Shown in pieces: positions 31,916 to 41,560 of a stretch of DNA of 64,000 bases. The notes beneath the pieces are model-generated. The model was not told where the DNA came from. It saw only the letters and a list, made by a program, of their open reading frames with translations, and made no database searches. The stretch spans positions 44,532-108,531 of the forward strand of contig CARNVA010000002.1 of assembly GCA_949031345.1 (NCBI GenBank). Direction: 5' to 3'. This DNA comes from an uncultured Eubacteriales bacterium (GTDB lineage Bacteria; Bacillota; Clostridia; Christensenellales; UBA1242). The number at the start of each line of letters is the position of its first letter. Position 1 is the stretch's first letter. Position numbers and translations under genes: made by a program.

Positions 31916-33184
31916 TTATTCAGTATACTCAAAAACAGCATCTTTAATTTTTATAGTGCTGCCATTTTTAAGGCCTCTTTCTTTAAGCATATCTATTATG
32001 CCCATTGTTTCAAGACGCTTTTGAAAATAAGCAAACGAGCGAGTATCCGAAAGAACAATTCCTCTTGCAAATTCGTCAATCTTTCCACCACTTACTACAA
32101 ATGCACCCTCATCATCTCTTGTGATGATAATTGACTCTTTATCTCTAGCATCAAAATCAAATTTTTCAATCTCAAGAGGTGGCTTTTTAGGAATTTTACT
32201 AAGCAATTCAAGCACTTTGAGTTTTACTTCATCAATTCCTTTATAAGTCGCACCAGAAATTAACATAAACTCACCACCTACTTCTTTCTTATAGCGGTCA
32301 ATTCGACTGTTCAATGTCTTTTCATCAAGCAAATCAACTTTTGACAACAACACAATCTGAGGAGTTTTTGTCAACTCGTGACTATATAATGCAAGCTCTT
32401 TATTGATAACATGAAAATCTTCAATAAAATCTCGACCATCACTCTCTGAAATATCAACCAAATGAAGCAACAATCTCACCCTTTCAACATGCTTCAAAAA
32501 ATAATGTCCAAGACCTTGTCCATCACTTGCACCCTTGATAATTCCAGGTATATCAGCAACAACAAACGTTTGTCCCTTAACTTCACATACTCCAAGATTT
32601 GGATAAAGGGTTGTAAAAGGATAATTCGCAATCTTTGGATTTGCATTTGATATACAAGAAAGCAAAGTCGATTTTCCTGCGTTAGGAAAGCCCACAAGCC
32701 CTACATCAGCAATAGTTTTAAGCTCTAAAATGACTTCTCTTGACTTTGTCTCTTCTCCAGATTGAGAAAAATGAGGTGCCTGTTTAATAGAAGACTTATA
32801 GTAAGCATTGCCATGACCACCTTCACCACCTTTCAAAGCGATAAATCTCATTCCATCTTCATATAAATCAGCTATAATCTTTCCACTTTCATTGTCTATC
32901 AGCACTGTTCCGCAAGGCACTTTGATAATCTTATCCGCACCTTTAGCTCCAGTTTTCAGGCGTTGTCCACCATTATTCCCATTTTCAGCAAAAAACTTCT
33001 TATGAAAACGAAAATCATACAAAGTGTTTAAATCTTTTGTTGCAACAAACACAACATCTCCGCCTTTGCCGCCTTCTCCACCATCCGGGCCACCATTTGC
33101 TGTTTGTGCAGTATGCAAAAATGAGGCAGAACCATTTCCGCCATTTCCTGCTTTAATAATAATTTTTGTTCTATCTAAAAACAT
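31916..33184 (-). CDS. obg: GTPase Obg
   Basis: Glycine-rich Obg fold (GGNGGNG), G domain GFPNAGKST and DIPG, and a C-terminal OCT domain. Confidence 0.95.
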   Translation of the reverse strand: MFLDRTKIIIKAGNGGNGSASFLHTAQTANGGPDGGEGGKGGDVVFVATKDLNTLYDFRFHKKFFAENGNNGGQRLKTGAKGADKIIKVPCGTVLIDNESGKIIADLYEDGMRFIALKGGEGGHGNAYYKSSIKQAPHFSQSGEETKSREVILELKTIADVGLVGFPNAGKSTLLSCISNANPKIANYPFTTLYPNLGVCEVKGQTFVVADIPGIIKGASDGQGLGHYFLKHVERVRLLLHLVDISESDGRDFIEDFHVINKELALYSHELTKTPQIVLLSKVDLLDEKTLNSRIDRYKKEVGGEFMLISGATYKGIDEVKLKVLELLSKIPKKPPLEIEKFDFDARDKESIIITRDDEGAFVVSGGKIDEFARGIVLSDTRSFAYFQKRLETMGIIDMLKERGLKNGSTIKIKDAVFEYTE

Positions 33185-33241
33185 CTTTTTTCTACCTCAT
33201 ATTGTATGTATAATGCACATATCTGCTACTATATATAGTAT

Positions 33242-33862
33242 TTATCGTTTTTCAACACAAACTTCAACAAATGGACACTTTTCACACTCTGGCTTTTGAG
33301 CTTTACAAATATATCTTCCAAAATGAACAAGCTGTAAATGTAATTTGCTCCAGTATTTTTTGTCAAATTTATTCATTATAGCTTTTTCGCATTCAAAAGG
33401 GTTTTCTGTTTTAACAAACCCCAACCTATTTGAAACTCTAAGCACATGAGTATCAACTGCCACCGCATCCCCTTTAAAAGCTTCGGCATAAACCACATTT
33501 GCAGTTTTACGACCAACACCTGCCAAGGTTTGCAGTTTATCTAAATCATTTGGCACTTCGCCTTGAAAATTTTCCACCAAGCTTTTGCTCATTGCCAATA
33601 TATTTTTGGCTTTATTGTGATAAAATCCACATGAATGAATTTTCTCTTCAAGCTCTTCCTGCGATAGTGTCAACATTTTTTGGGGAGTATTATATTCTTT
33701 AAACAACTCCCCAGCTACTATATTGACTCTCTTATCTGTGCATTGCGCAGACAAAATAACCGCAACCAAAAGCTCATAATTATTTTTATATTCAAGTTCG
33801 CATTTTGGCTCTGGAAACAATTCTTCAAGCTTGTCTACAATTTGAAGTGACTCCATAATCAC
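33242..33862 (-). CDS. nth: endonuclease III
   Basis: HhH-GPD (LAGVGRKTANVV) and a 4Fe-4S cluster Cx6Cx2Cx5C at the C-terminus. Confidence 0.93.
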   Translation of the reverse strand: MIMESLQIVDKLEELFPEPKCELEYKNNYELLVAVILSAQCTDKRVNIVAGELFKEYNTPQKMLTLSQEELEEKIHSCGFYHNKAKNILAMSKSLVENFQGEVPNDLDKLQTLAGVGRKTANVVYAEAFKGDAVAVDTHVLRVSNRLGFVKTENPFECEKAIMNKFDKKYWSKLHLQLVHFGRYICKAQKPECEKCPFVEVCVEKR

Positions 33863-35322
33863 CTCATAAGTGGGAACAAAACAGTATCTCTGATATTTGG
33901 TAAATCAAATATAAACTGAATAAATCTGTCAATTCCGAAACCAAGCCCTGAAATTGGAGGCATGCCGTGTTCCATTGCAAGCAAGAAATCTTCATCAACA
34001 TCCATTGTTTCTTCGTCGCCCAAAGCTTTTTCTTTAAGTTGGTCTTCAAGAAGTTTTCTTTGAAGCACAGGGTCAACAAGCTCTGAATAAGCTTTAACAA
34101 GCTCTGCCCCACCAGCAACAAATTGGAACACATCGATAATTCTGCTGTCTTCATCATTTCTTCGAGCAAGTGGCATAAGGTCTGCTGGATAGTTGTAAAT
34201 AATTGTAGGATTGATAATACCTGCTCTTATTTGTCTCTTGTATAAGAAATCTACAAGCGTACGGACAGTCTTGCATTCTTCAAGGTCTCTTTCGCTGTAT
34301 AAACCGCTTTCTACAACTTTCTTTTTCATTTCATCAACATCAGTTATTGCAAGAAAATCAAAACCAAGCACCTCTCTGAGTTTTTCAATGTAATTTATTC
34401 TTGGCCACTCGCAATCAAACTCAATTTCTTGACCTTGATATGTCACTTTTGTTGTTCCAAGACATTCTTTCAAAGTTTTTATTATAAGGTCTTTATAAAA
34501 CTTCAAATTATCTTCAAAATTCCAATATGAAGCATACCACTCAACTTGAGTAAACTCTTGCAAGTGATAAGGATCCATACCTTCATTTCTGAAATCTTTT
34601 CCAAACTCAAACACTCTGTCAAAACCAGCTGCAATACATTGTTTGAGCCAAGTCTCTTTTGCAATTCTTAAATTGCAGTCAATATCAAGAGCATTGTGGT
34701 GAGAGAAGAATGGCTTCGCACTTGCACCAGAAACGCTTGTTTGAAGAATTGGAGTTTCCACTTCAATAAAACCATTTTCTTCAAGATGACGACGAACACA
34801 AGAAATAAGCTTGCTTCTTGTCAAAAACACCTTTCTTGAATTTTCATTTGAAATAAGGTCAAGATATCTTTGCCTATAAATTGTCTCAGTATCACTAAGT
34901 CCGTGAAATTTTTCTGGCAATGGTCTGAGAGTTTTTGAAAGCAAAACCACTTTTTCAGCTTTTACTGTAACTTCTCCAGTTTGAGTAAGATAGACCTCTC
35001 CTTCAACGCCAACAAAATCGGCAATATCAATCATCTTTTTATAGAAATCATACGCAACTTCATCAAGCTCATTTCTGCCAACAGAAACTTGAATTTTTGC
35101 ATTTATATCTCGAATTTGAATAAAACCAAATTTGCCCATAACGCGCTTAAAAACAATTCTTCCCGCAACTCTAACACGCTGGCCAACCATTTCTCTTGCC
35201 TCACTGATGGTGCACGTTCTTTCAAATTTTTCTTTATAAGGGATTTCCCCCATTTCTCTTAAATCATCAATTTTCTTTTTTCTTATATCTACTTCATTAG
35301 ATAAAATTTGTGTTTCTGCCAT
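33859..35322 (-). CDS. lysS: lysyl-tRNA synthetase (class II)
   Basis: OB domain and class II motifs (FRNEGMD, GLGFGIDR). ATG 35322 has an AAAGGAGA RBS. Confidence 0.95.
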   Translation of the reverse strand: MAETQILSNEVDIRKKKIDDLREMGEIPYKEKFERTCTISEAREMVGQRVRVAGRIVFKRVMGKFGFIQIRDINAKIQVSVGRNELDEVAYDFYKKMIDIADFVGVEGEVYLTQTGEVTVKAEKVVLLSKTLRPLPEKFHGLSDTETIYRQRYLDLISNENSRKVFLTRSKLISCVRRHLEENGFIEVETPILQTSVSGASAKPFFSHHNALDIDCNLRIAKETWLKQCIAAGFDRVFEFGKDFRNEGMDPYHLQEFTQVEWYASYWNFEDNLKFYKDLIIKTLKECLGTTKVTYQGQEIEFDCEWPRINYIEKLREVLGFDFLAITDVDEMKKKVVESGLYSERDLEECKTVRTLVDFLYKRQIRAGIINPTIIYNYPADLMPLARRNDEDSRIIDVFQFVAGGAELVKAYSELVDPVLQRKLLEDQLKEKALGDEETMDVDEDFLLAMEHGMPPISGLGFGIDRFIQFIFDLPNIRDTVLFPLMR

Positions 35323-35371
35323 GTAATTCTCCTTTGGGTTTAAATTATCATAAAACGCCAAAAAAGTCAAT

Positions 35372-35911
35372 TTATTTATATCTATTTTTGTAATATTTAT
35401 AATTTTTTAAAACCTTTCCAAGATAATCATTCGTTTCTTTAAAAGGTATTTTATTTAATGTTTTTCCATCCTTAGAATATCGCTCATCTTTAAGCCATGC
35501 AGAAACATTGCCTTGACCTGCATTATAAGCGCAAACAGCCAATTTTTTATCTCCAAAATATTCAACCAAATAAGCCAAATAAAAACTGCCAAGCTTTAAA
35601 TTATATTTTGCTTCCTTCAGTCTTTCTTCTTCAAACGCATCTCCCATTTGACCACTAAGCCACTCTGCCGTGCTTGGCAAAAGTTGCATCAAACCTACCG
35701 CACCTTTACTTGAGACTACACCTTCTCGAAAACTACTTTCTACATTTACAACTGAGGCTATTAAAGCACTTTCAACATTATAATCCGCAGAAAATTCTTT
35801 AATATCCTGACTGTATTTCATTGGATAATTAAATGAATAAAATGCCCCTACACAAAAGGACAATACAATCGCACATATTGAAAGACTTAAAATTGCAAAG
35901 AAAGATTTCAT
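35372..35911 (-). CDS. lytic transglycosylase (SLT domain) with signal anchor
   Basis: ESSF..GAVGLMQLLPSTA..AYNAG motifs. Confidence 0.85.
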   Translation of the reverse strand: MKSFFAILSLSICAIVLSFCVGAFYSFNYPMKYSQDIKEFSADYNVESALIASVVNVESSFREGVVSSKGAVGLMQLLPSTAEWLSGQMGDAFEEERLKEAKYNLKLGSFYLAYLVEYFGDKKLAVCAYNAGQGNVSAWLKDERYSKDGKTLNKIPFKETNDYLGKVLKNYKYYKNRYK

Positions 35912-35980
35912 GTATTTATTTTATTTAGAAAATAATTAAAAATACATTTTTCTCAAATTCATTTATTTCAAATTTAACAT

Positions 35981-36241
35981 TCAACCAAGTTTTTCATAAG
36001 TATTATGTTTTCCGTCACTAACAACTCTATAAAATCCACCAAAAGATCTGAAAGGTTTTGACATGATACAACCTTGAACAACATTCAAAATTCTTTCGTC
36101 AAATCTTACCGAAATACCACAAGTAAGACCTGCATCTTTTGGTGTATTTATTACTGATACGCGATATCCAGCCATACTAAGCATGTTTGCAAGATACAAA
36201 GTCTCATTCCTTGAACGGAAAACAGCTAAACAAAAGCGCAT
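35981..36241 (-). CDS. DUF3343-like small protein (putative S/Se carrier-associated)
   Basis: 86 aa. The pattern FRSRNETLYLANML..GISVRF is typical of the DUF3343 family as I recall it. Confidence 0.55.
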   Translation of the reverse strand: MRFCLAVFRSRNETLYLANMLSMAGYRVSVINTPKDAGLTCGISVRFDERILNVVQGCIMSKPFRSFGGFYRVVSDGKHNTYEKLG

Positions 36242-36310
36242 ATTACCTCCTATATCTGCACAATTTTCCCTCTTCTACACTATATTGTAAATATAAAGGA
36301 AAGTTTACCA

Positions 36311-37456
36311 ATGATTTATTTAGATAATAGTGCATCCACATTTATTAAACCAAAAGAAGTGATAAGAGCCACAACGGAAAGTCTTATTCATTTTTCCGCC
36401 AATCCCGGCAGAAGCGGACATCGGGCAAGTATTCAAACAGCAATGAAAATTGAAGAAATAAGAGAGCATCTTGCTGCTCATTTCAATGCAGAAAGCGGAC
36501 AAAACATAATCTTTACCCACAACTGCACTGAAGCTTTAAATTTGGCAATTCTCGGAAGCGCCAAACAAGGTGGCCATGTAATTTGCACTGAGAATGAACA
36601 CAATTCCGTTTTAAGACCACTAGAGCATCTTAAGCAACAAGGCTTAATTGAATATTCTATTGCCTATCAAGAAAATCGAAAAGGCATAACCTTTGAAGAT
36701 ATAAAAAAAGCATTAAAGCCAAATACATATATGATTGTCTGCAATCATATTTCAAACGTAAACGGCTCTGTCTGTGAAATAGAAAAAATCGGCAAATTTT
36801 GCAAAGAAAACAACATAATTTTCTTAGTAGATGGTGCTCAAAGTTGTGGACATATTAAAATTGACATCAAAAAATGCAATATTGATTATTTGACAATCGC
36901 TGGGCATAAAGGTTTTTATGCTCCACAAAGCATAGGCTGTCTTGTTATGAACGACAACTACAGACCAGAGCCTATTGTTTTTGGCGGCACAGGAACAAAC
37001 TCGCTTGAGCTTGTTCAACCAAACATTTATCCAGAACGACTTGAAAGCGGAACAATATCAACTCCGCTCATTGTCGGCTTAGGTGCAGGTTTAAGTTTTG
37101 TTGAAAACAACTTTAAAGAAATAGCAAACAAACTTGATGATCTTACCACCTATCTCAATTATGAGCTTATTAAACTTGGCATAACTTCTTACACAGACCC
37201 TGAGAATTCAAATGGAGTTTTAGCTTTCAATATTGGTGATTTAGATTCTGTAGAAGTTGCAAACATATTAAGCGAAAAATATGACATTTGCGTAAGAGGC
37301 GGCTATCATTGCGCGCCTATCAAACATAAGGCATTAAACACAATTCCACAAGGCGCTGTCAGAGTTTCAATTTCTTATTTCAATTCATTTAGTGAAATTC
37401 AACATTTAATTCAAGCAGTAAAACACATCGCCAAAAACAATTTAAAAAGCAATTAA
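36311..37456 (+). CDS. cysteine desulfurase family protein (class V aminotransferase)
   Basis: PLP lysine in TIAGHKGFYAP and conserved HCAP near the C-terminus. Confidence 0.85.
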   Translation: MIYLDNSASTFIKPKEVIRATTESLIHFSANPGRSGHRASIQTAMKIEEIREHLAAHFNAESGQNIIFTHNCTEALNLAILGSAKQGGHVICTENEHNSVLRPLEHLKQQGLIEYSIAYQENRKGITFEDIKKALKPNTYMIVCNHISNVNGSVCEIEKIGKFCKENNIIFLVDGAQSCGHIKIDIKKCNIDYLTIAGHKGFYAPQSIGCLVMNDNYRPEPIVFGGTGTNSLELVQPNIYPERLESGTISTPLIVGLGAGLSFVENNFKEIANKLDDLTTYLNYELIKLGITSYTDPENSNGVLAFNIGDLDSVEVANILSEKYDICVRGGYHCAPIKHKALNTIPQGAVRVSISYFNSFSEIQHLIQAVKHIAKNNLKSN

Positions 37457-37489
37457 ATACTTTTAAAATATCAATAATAAGTAAAAAAA

Positions 37490-37536
37490 GGACTATTATG
37501 CAGTTGTTATAAAACAATAACATAATAGCCTTATTT
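37490..37536. terminator. bidirectional terminator built from an inverted pair of the ATAACATAATAGC motif
   Basis: A-run, GGACTATTATG..TGTTAT / ATAACATAATAGCC, then T-run. The exact 13-mer lies at 37517-37529. Confidence 0.7.
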
Positions 37537-37555
37537 TTCAGTTTAAAGTCAACTT

Positions 37556-39670
37556 TTAGTCTTTATTTTCTTCTTTTTCAGACTTAGGAACAATTCTCTT
37601 AAGGTCAATTCTGCCTTTTTCGTCAACTTTGATAACTTCAATTTCAACTTCGTCACCAACCTTAACTACATCCTCAACTTTTTCAACTCTCTTGTTTGAA
37701 AGTTTTGAAATGTGAATCATACCTTCTTTATTTCCACCAAATTCAACAAAAGCACCAAAATTCATGATTCTTACAACTTTTCCGTCGTAAACATCACCTA
37801 CTTCAACATCTTCAACAATTCCTAAAATTATCTTCTTTGCCTTCTCTGCATTTTCTGTGTCTTGAGAAGCAATGAATACAAGGCCATTGTCATCAATGTC
37901 AATCTTAACGCCAGTTTCATCAATGATTTTATTTATCATTTTTCCACCAGAGCCGATAACATCTTTAATTTTATCTGGATTGATTGTAAATGAAATAATC
38001 TTAGGAGCATATTTTGAAAGCTCTTTTCTTGGCTCTTTGATTTCTTCAAGGAGCTTGTTCATAATATACATTCTTCCTTCTTTAGCTTGTTTTAAAGCTG
38101 TAGTGAGAATTTGTTTATCAATGCCTTTTATTTTAATATCCATTTGAATAGCTGTAACGCCTTCTGTTGTTCCTGTAACTTTGAAGTCCATATCTCCAAG
38201 GAAATCTTCAAGACCTTGAATGTCAGAAAGAACAGCAACTCTATTTGAATTTTCGTCTTTAATAAGCCCCATAGCAATACCTGCAACTGGTCTTGTAATA
38301 GGCACACCACCGTCCATAAGAGCAAGGGTTGAGCCGCACACAGAGGCCATTGATGAAGATCCATTTGAAGACAATACTTCAGAAACAAGTCTAAGCGCAT
38401 AAGGAAATTCTTCTTCACTTGGAATTACTGGCTCTAAAGCTCTTTCTGCAAGTGCCCCATGCCCAATTTCTCTTCTGCCTGGGCTTTTAATTCCCCTTGC
38501 TTCGCCTGTTGCGTAAGCTGGCATGTTGTAATGATGAACATAGCGATTTACTTCTTCATCATCAATGCCTTCAAGTTTTTGCATATCAGAAACTGTGCCA
38601 AGTGTCAAAGTTGTAAGCACTTGAGTTTGTCCACGAGTAAAGATTGCACTTCCATGTGTTCTTGGAAGCACTCCTGCTTCACACCAAATAGGTCTGATTT
38701 CTGTAAGCGCTCTACCATCTGGACGAACACCCTTATCAAGAATTTTTGCTCTGACTTTTTCTTTTGTCATTTTATATAAAACTTGTCCAATTGCCTTTTC
38801 ACTTTCTGGGTAAATTTCAGCAAAATGTTCTTTTACATCTTTATCAACTTCATCTTGGCGAGATGATCTTTCTTGCCTGTCAAAAGTGTCAAGAGCATGG
38901 TCAAGTTTTTCACTTGCATAGGCTCTTACTGCTTCATTTATATCCTCTGGAACAAGGTCATAAACAAGATTTTGGGCAACTGGCTTTCCAATTTCAGCTT
39001 TAACTTGTTTTTGGAAGGCAACAATTTTCTTGATTTCTTCATGAGCAAACATGATAGCATCAAGCATAGTTTCTTCAGGCACTTCTTTTGCACCCGCTTC
39101 AACCATAAGCACAGCCTCATCTGTTCCTGAAACTGTAAGACTCATAAGAGATTTTTCTCTCTCTTCAGCATTTGGATTGATGATGAAATTACCATCAACA
39201 AGACCAACTTGTACTGAGCCTGTAGGTCCCATAAATGGGATATCAGAAATTGAAAGCGCAAAGCTTGAGCCAAGCATAGCAAGTGGCTCTGGAGCAACAT
39301 CTGGGTCAACAGAAAGTGCAGTAGCTATTACGCAAACATCATGATAAAAACCTTTTGGGAAAAGTGGTCTAAGCGGTCTGTCAATAAGTCTTGAAGTAAG
39401 AATTGCCTTATCAGCAGGTCTGCCTTCGCGCTTTTTAAAGCCTCCTGGAATTTTTCCTACAGAATACATTTTTTCTTCAAAATCAACTGAAAGTGGGAAA
39501 AAATCAATACCCGGTCTTGGTTCTTTTGACATAGTCACATTGACCATAACAACAGTTTCTCCGCATTTTACAAGGCAAGAGCCATTTGATTGTTCGCAAA
39601 GTCTGCCAGTTTCAAATGTAACAGTCTTTCCACCTATTTCAATATTATAAATTTTTGCATCGTCTTTCAT
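37556..39670 (-). CDS. pnp: polynucleotide phosphorylase
   Basis: Two RNase PH domains, then KH and S1 domains. ATG 39670 has an AGGAGA RBS. Confidence 0.96.
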   Translation of the reverse strand: MKDDAKIYNIEIGGKTVTFETGRLCEQSNGSCLVKCGETVVMVNVTMSKEPRPGIDFFPLSVDFEEKMYSVGKIPGGFKKREGRPADKAILTSRLIDRPLRPLFPKGFYHDVCVIATALSVDPDVAPEPLAMLGSSFALSISDIPFMGPTGSVQVGLVDGNFIINPNAEEREKSLMSLTVSGTDEAVLMVEAGAKEVPEETMLDAIMFAHEEIKKIVAFQKQVKAEIGKPVAQNLVYDLVPEDINEAVRAYASEKLDHALDTFDRQERSSRQDEVDKDVKEHFAEIYPESEKAIGQVLYKMTKEKVRAKILDKGVRPDGRALTEIRPIWCEAGVLPRTHGSAIFTRGQTQVLTTLTLGTVSDMQKLEGIDDEEVNRYVHHYNMPAYATGEARGIKSPGRREIGHGALAERALEPVIPSEEEFPYALRLVSEVLSSNGSSSMASVCGSTLALMDGGVPITRPVAGIAMGLIKDENSNRVAVLSDIQGLEDFLGDMDFKVTGTTEGVTAIQMDIKIKGIDKQILTTALKQAKEGRMYIMNKLLEEIKEPRKELSKYAPKIISFTINPDKIKDVIGSGGKMINKIIDETGVKIDIDDNGLVFIASQDTENAEKAKKIILGIVEDVEVGDVYDGKVVRIMNFGAFVEFGGNKEGMIHISKLSNKRVEKVEDVVKVGDEVEIEVIKVDEKGRIDLKRIVPKSEKEENKD

Positions 39671-39697
39671 AAATTCTCCTAATCTCCTTAAATTACT

Positions 39698-39732
39698 TAA
39701 AAAAGGGAGCAATAAAAACTCCCCCCTATTTT
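39698..39732 (-). terminator. terminator/attenuator between rpsO and pnp
   Basis: Minus strand GGGGGAG..CTCCC followed by T6. Confidence 0.6.
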
Positions 39733-39993
39733 TTATTTAACTTCTCTTATGCCGAGTTCTTTAATGAGTTTTCTGTAAGCTTCGATATCTTTGTCTTTAA
39801 GATAAAGCAAGAAACCTTTTCTCTTACCAACCATTTGAAGAAGTCCGCGGCGTGAATGATTGTCTTTCTTGTTTAATTTCAAGTGTTCATTTAAGTGATT
39901 GATTCTTTCAGTCAAAAGAGCAACTTGCACTTGAACAGATCCAGTATCATTCTCAGAAAGTTTATATTTTTCAATAATTTCTTTCTTTTCCAT
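39733..39993 (-). CDS. rpsO: 30S ribosomal protein S15
   Basis: 86 aa with [30 protein letters not shown]. Confidence 0.96.
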   Translation of the reverse strand: MEKKEIIEKYKLSENDTGSVQVQVALLTERINHLNEHLKLNKKDNHSRRGLLQMVGKRKGFLLYLKDKDIEAYRKLIKELGIREVK

Positions 39994-40112
39994 ATTTCCC
40001 TCCCATTTTTAATTTTTATCCCACAGCAAAGCAAAAAGTCAGAAGGTGTCTAATCACTGTGCAAAGGGTTAATCGACTTTGTAAGTATATCACAACAAAT
40101 TTCATTTGTCTA
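39994..40112 (-). promoter_or_regulatory. rpsO promoter and roughly 85-nt 5' leader (possible S15 autoregulatory leader)
   Basis: Minus strand TAGACA (40112-40107), 17-nt spacer, TATACT (40089-40084). The leader has CACAG..CTGTG pairing. Function is inferred only from context. Confidence 0.35.
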
Positions 40113-40153
40113 GCATTTTTTAAAAAATCTCAATTTTTCATTATAAAAACATG

Positions 40154-41560
40154 CTATTTATAAAATTCTCTTTTCTTTTCTAAAAGTTCGTCAATTCTCG
40201 CAATATAATCTTCAATAAATTTTACATTTGCTAGTCTTTCTATGCGGTTTTCAATATTAAATACACGCTTGCTTATCGCTCCTGCCCCAATACCTATTAT
40301 AGTATTCGTCTCTTCCATGCTTTCAATATTGAATACGCACAAATGATTATCTCTGAAATAACCCACATTTTCAAGACCCTTAAGCTGATTTTTTTGCCTG
40401 TAAAGATAATATGGTTTATAACCGTTCTTTGCAAGCTCACTTTCAGCATAATCAATCATTTTGTCAACATCCCTCTCATCTACAAGAGACTTGTTATCTC
40501 TTAGTAAAGCTCCATTTTTAATCGACAATGTATGAACAGTGATATTATGCGGCGCAAGCTCTAAAAGTGTGTTGATTGTTCTTTTAAATATACCAAGTTT
40601 TTCGCCTGGAAGCCCAGCAATGATATCCATGTTGACTTCCATATCGCGTTCGAGCGCCCAAGTATAAGCATCCAAAACTTGACTGTTTTTTTGCTTTCTT
40701 CCAATTCTTTTTAAAGTTGCCTCGCAAAAAGTTTGAGGATTGATTGAAATTCTTGTTATTCCATTTTTCTTTAGCACATCAAGTTTTTCAGGTGTTATCG
40801 TATCTGGCCTTCCACATTCTACAGTAAACTCTTTTACCGGAAATTTAAGCTTATTAAGCAGTCTGTCAAGTTGACTTGGATTAAGCACCGACGGCGTTCC
40901 ACCACCGATATAAATATTTCTTACTATATATGCCTTCTTATTTATTATATCTTTGACTGCGTCAATTTCTTTGATGAGACAATCTATATACTCTTCAACC
41001 CTTTTTTCAACTCGAGAAAGTTCGCTTGAAATAAACGAGCAATACAGACATCTTGATGGACAAATAGGAATGTTGATATAAATATCAATTAAATTATCAT
41101 TTCTGATAATTCCCCTTTGATTTTTCAAGATTTGCCCGACTAGCCTTGCTTTAGAATTTGAAACAAAATAGTCTCTTTCTATTATTTCTGGAATTATATG
41201 TTCTTTTGCTTCACCATATCTTACTAAGTCTCTCGCAAACTTGGTCGGTCTTACACCTGTAAGCGAGCCCCAGCTTAACGACAATTTATATTCTTTTGAA
41301 ATAATCTTATAAAGATGGTTTTTCACCATTCTTTTTTTGTATGACTTTTTTCGCAGCGGAGTAAAACTTCCATCAATACTGTAATCAAAGTTATATTCCC
41401 TATTATTGCCATTTATTATAAGCTCAAACCTATCATGAACAAGCCCAGACTCTTCTATCTCTTCGTGCCTTATCTCATCCTCAATTTCAGTCAACCCAAA
41501 CAACTTAATAAGGTCTTGAAATTCAATAAGATAATCTTCTACATTTGTTTTTATTACCAT
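40154..41560 (-). CDS. hemZ: radical SAM coproporphyrinogen dehydrogenase-like protein (HemZ-type)
   Basis: CPSRCLYCSF radical SAM motif, HemN-like core and long N-terminal extension. Confidence 0.75.
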   Translation of the reverse strand: MVIKTNVEDYLIEFQDLIKLFGLTEIEDEIRHEEIEESGLVHDRFELIINGNNREYNFDYSIDGSFTPLRKKSYKKRMVKNHLYKIISKEYKLSLSWGSLTGVRPTKFARDLVRYGEAKEHIIPEIIERDYFVSNSKARLVGQILKNQRGIIRNDNLIDIYINIPICPSRCLYCSFISSELSRVEKRVEEYIDCLIKEIDAVKDIINKKAYIVRNIYIGGGTPSVLNPSQLDRLLNKLKFPVKEFTVECGRPDTITPEKLDVLKKNGITRISINPQTFCEATLKRIGRKQKNSQVLDAYTWALERDMEVNMDIIAGLPGEKLGIFKRTINTLLELAPHNITVHTLSIKNGALLRDNKSLVDERDVDKMIDYAESELAKNGYKPYYLYRQKNQLKGLENVGYFRDNHLCVFNIESMEETNTIIGIGAGAISKRVFNIENRIERLANVKFIEDYIARIDELLEKKREFYK

